Assembly (NCBI RefSeq): GCF_006345805.1
Contig: NC_043019.1
Span: forward strand, 2,914,001 to 2,978,000
Source: Octopus sinensis
Lineage: Eukaryota
DNA: 64,000 bases
Direction: 5' to 3'
A model generated the notes under the pieces. It did no database searches and was not told the DNA's origin. It worked only from the letters and a program-made list of their open reading frames with translations. Position numbers and translations under genes: made by a program. Positions 62,138-64,000 of this stretch are shown piece after piece. The stretch's first letter is position 1. Every line of letters begins with the position of its first letter.

Positions 62138-62920
62138 CAGGGATGTCCAACCTTTTTTTCCTCGTGGGCCAAATTATAAATTTAAGTATATTTACTGCGC
62201 CACAAAGGCACTAAGATATAAACTTTTAAAAAGTTCAAAATATAGTGAATAAAATTTTTTTAATAAAAAAATATAAATACAAAATAATGTGCTATTGACA
62301 GTAAAAATGAAATTACATTTACACAAAATAAAATCAATGTGATTATTGTCATTGCATTTCTTTTATGATATTCTCAATATCTGCTTTTATGGTGTTATTC
62401 TTTACTCTAAGAATATTAGTTAAATGGCAATCACTCAGCCTATTTCTTTCAGCAGTTTTGACGTTTTTCATACATGAAAAGAATTGTTTACAGGAGTATG
62501 TACTATCCCACATGCACAACAGTTTTCTAGCTAAATTGGCATACAATTTCTTGTAAAAGTCAAGATGGTCAAGTTCTTAAAGATTCTCTACTTTGAAGCT
62601 CAATGAGTTCAAGCTGATACTTGGCTAGTGCTTCCATGTAAATGAATGAAAATGGATCACTCAACAATTGTAGTTCAGTAATTAAGCATCAACATAATGA
62701 CTGAGTCTTTGACACAGAGTCAGCCATTCTACATCATAAACCCCATGGCCTCCCTCATTTTACCTTCCTGTATTGAGGTTTTCATTGGTCCATTCAAAAT
62801 AGCACACTCCAAGAATAATTTTCTCATCATACATTATCAAAGTAAATGAAAATTTAACTAGAAAATAACACATAGAATTGCCAGCAGGCCACAAAGTGGT
62901 CCACGGGTTGGACATCCCTG
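62138..62920 (-). mobile_element. hAT (Charlie/SPIN-like) internally deleted transposon
   Basis: TIRs CAGGGATGTCCAAC / GTTGGACATCCCTG; 8-bp TSD ctttaagc/ctttaaac; STYSCKQFFSCMKNVK..RNRLSDCHL dimerisation-domain remnant. Confidence 0.88.
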
Positions 62921-63220
62921 CTTTAAACCAGTGTCAGCAATATTTGGCAATAGAAAAGCAAACAAAAAATGATTTTTTTTTGTTTTGTTATGAAACAAAG
63001 TAATTCGACATAAGTTCATCAATTGATCAATGGTAGCCATTGCTTGAAGGTTACATAAAGCTTGCGTGAGTTACAAATATGAAAAGCTAATACAATGAAT
63101 TACATAAGATACTAACACATTCCAAAAAATATAACTTAAAATTTAATTTAAATATTGAATAAATATTTTATAAGAATTCTAATCTTGTCTACCCTGTTTT
63201 CTGGGGTTGTTTTGACTTAC

Positions 63221-63238
63221 CTCCATCTGTATCAGGTC
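63221..63238 (-). CDS. Exon 1 in window: 18-nt micro-exon (-PDTDG-), phase 1-1
   Basis: Minus strand ttttattgtttttag|GACCTGATACAGATGGAG|gtaagt; strong acceptor and donor; in frame with the VWA1 exon. Confidence 0.65.
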
Positions 63239-64000
63239 CTAAAAACAATAAAAATAAAATACAGTGAGAATAAAATTCATAAGTCTTTATGTATTTAAAA
63301 AAATTAAATGTTTAAAGATATAAACTGAATGTGCAGGTGCTGGAGGTATCTAATTAAGTGGTTTACTGGTGAAGAAAGAAATGATTCAAATTAATGATTG
63401 AATGTATAAAAATAACAGACATACCTGTCAAGAATTTCTTTTATTACTAGAGAGAAGAAAACTTCATTAACTTTTTACAAGAATTTTCTGAAAATGTCTT
63501 AAGTTTTGCATTCTTAAAAGTCACCAAATTTGCTGTTTCACCATCATGAATAGAAAGCAATTAATGAAGATAAAATTAAGAAAGAGAATCAAATGCTGGT
63601 TTTTTTCACATTCAATTGCTTTGCTTTCTGATTCTCTTTAAAACCTCTGTTGTATAATAATTCACTTCCTTTTGTAAAATATGTTTATTTGTATAGATAT
63701 TTTTAATTGAAAATTATGAATAATACTTTTAATTATAAATTAAATAAATAGTTTGTTGAATACAATTACTGAGTATATAATGAACAGTGAATTAGAATAC
63801 ATTTGAAGCTAAATAATTCTTCAATTACAGTTTGAAAATCATTTGATGATCTCTAATTTGCAAAGTAGCAAACTATTTAGGATATCTGATAAATTTCTTA
63901 TTTACTTCTTCCTCTGATTTATTTATTTAATTATTTTACAATTTTTATTTATTTCAGTTCCATTATGCTATTATCAATGTAGTTATGATATAATTTCATT

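Larger units (their letters stand above)
23862..63238 (-). other. Multi-exon gene (5'-incomplete): 8xVWA + 4xEGF extracellular matrix protein, matrilin/collagen-VI-like; 21 coding exons in window
   Basis: Manual splicing of 21 exons, each AG...GT bounded, with phases matching at every junction, gives one open frame of 5408 nt ending in TAA at 23864-23862. No start codon or signal peptide in the window. Confidence 0.9.

Noticed and set aside
23862-63238. Calling the gene collagen VI or matrilin with a symbol
   Set aside because: No Gly-X-Y or coiled-coil region is in the window and the 5' part is missing, so orthology cannot be established.

Overview
AT-rich, repeat-dense eukaryotic genomic DNA. 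It is most likely octopus, inferred from the tRNA-derived SINE families and microsatellite style rather than from a database search. There is one 100-N gap at 21855-21954. The main gene is on the minus strand at 23862-63238 and continues 5' beyond the window. I reconstructed 21 coding exons (5408 nt, about 1800 aa), all with GT-AG boundaries and consistent phases. They encode 8 von Willebrand A (VWA) domains, 4 EGF modules, a Pro/Thr micro-exon, an Arg/Thr-rich (TTPRR)n linker and an acidic C-terminal tail. The protein resembles matrilin/collagen-VI extracellular matrix proteins, but no Gly-X-Y repeat is visible. A Gln-rich plus-strand exon sits at 13985-14529 with no clear partner exons. The rest is SINEs, LINE relics (RTE, CR1/L2, Penelope-like RT) and DNA transposon relics (mariner, maT-like, hAT, Helitron). 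The most notable observation is three unrelated non-autonomous repeat families, each folding by hand into a minimal type I hammerhead ribozyme (HHR). One is a tRNA-headed SINE with a canonical core, one is a palindrome with a G3:C8-swapped core, and one is a long foldback with a CUGAUGC core. Each family occurs at least once as an inverted pair with the ribozyme reading outward, and a decayed Penelope-like reverse transcriptase lies in the same window. Ribozyme activity is untested.
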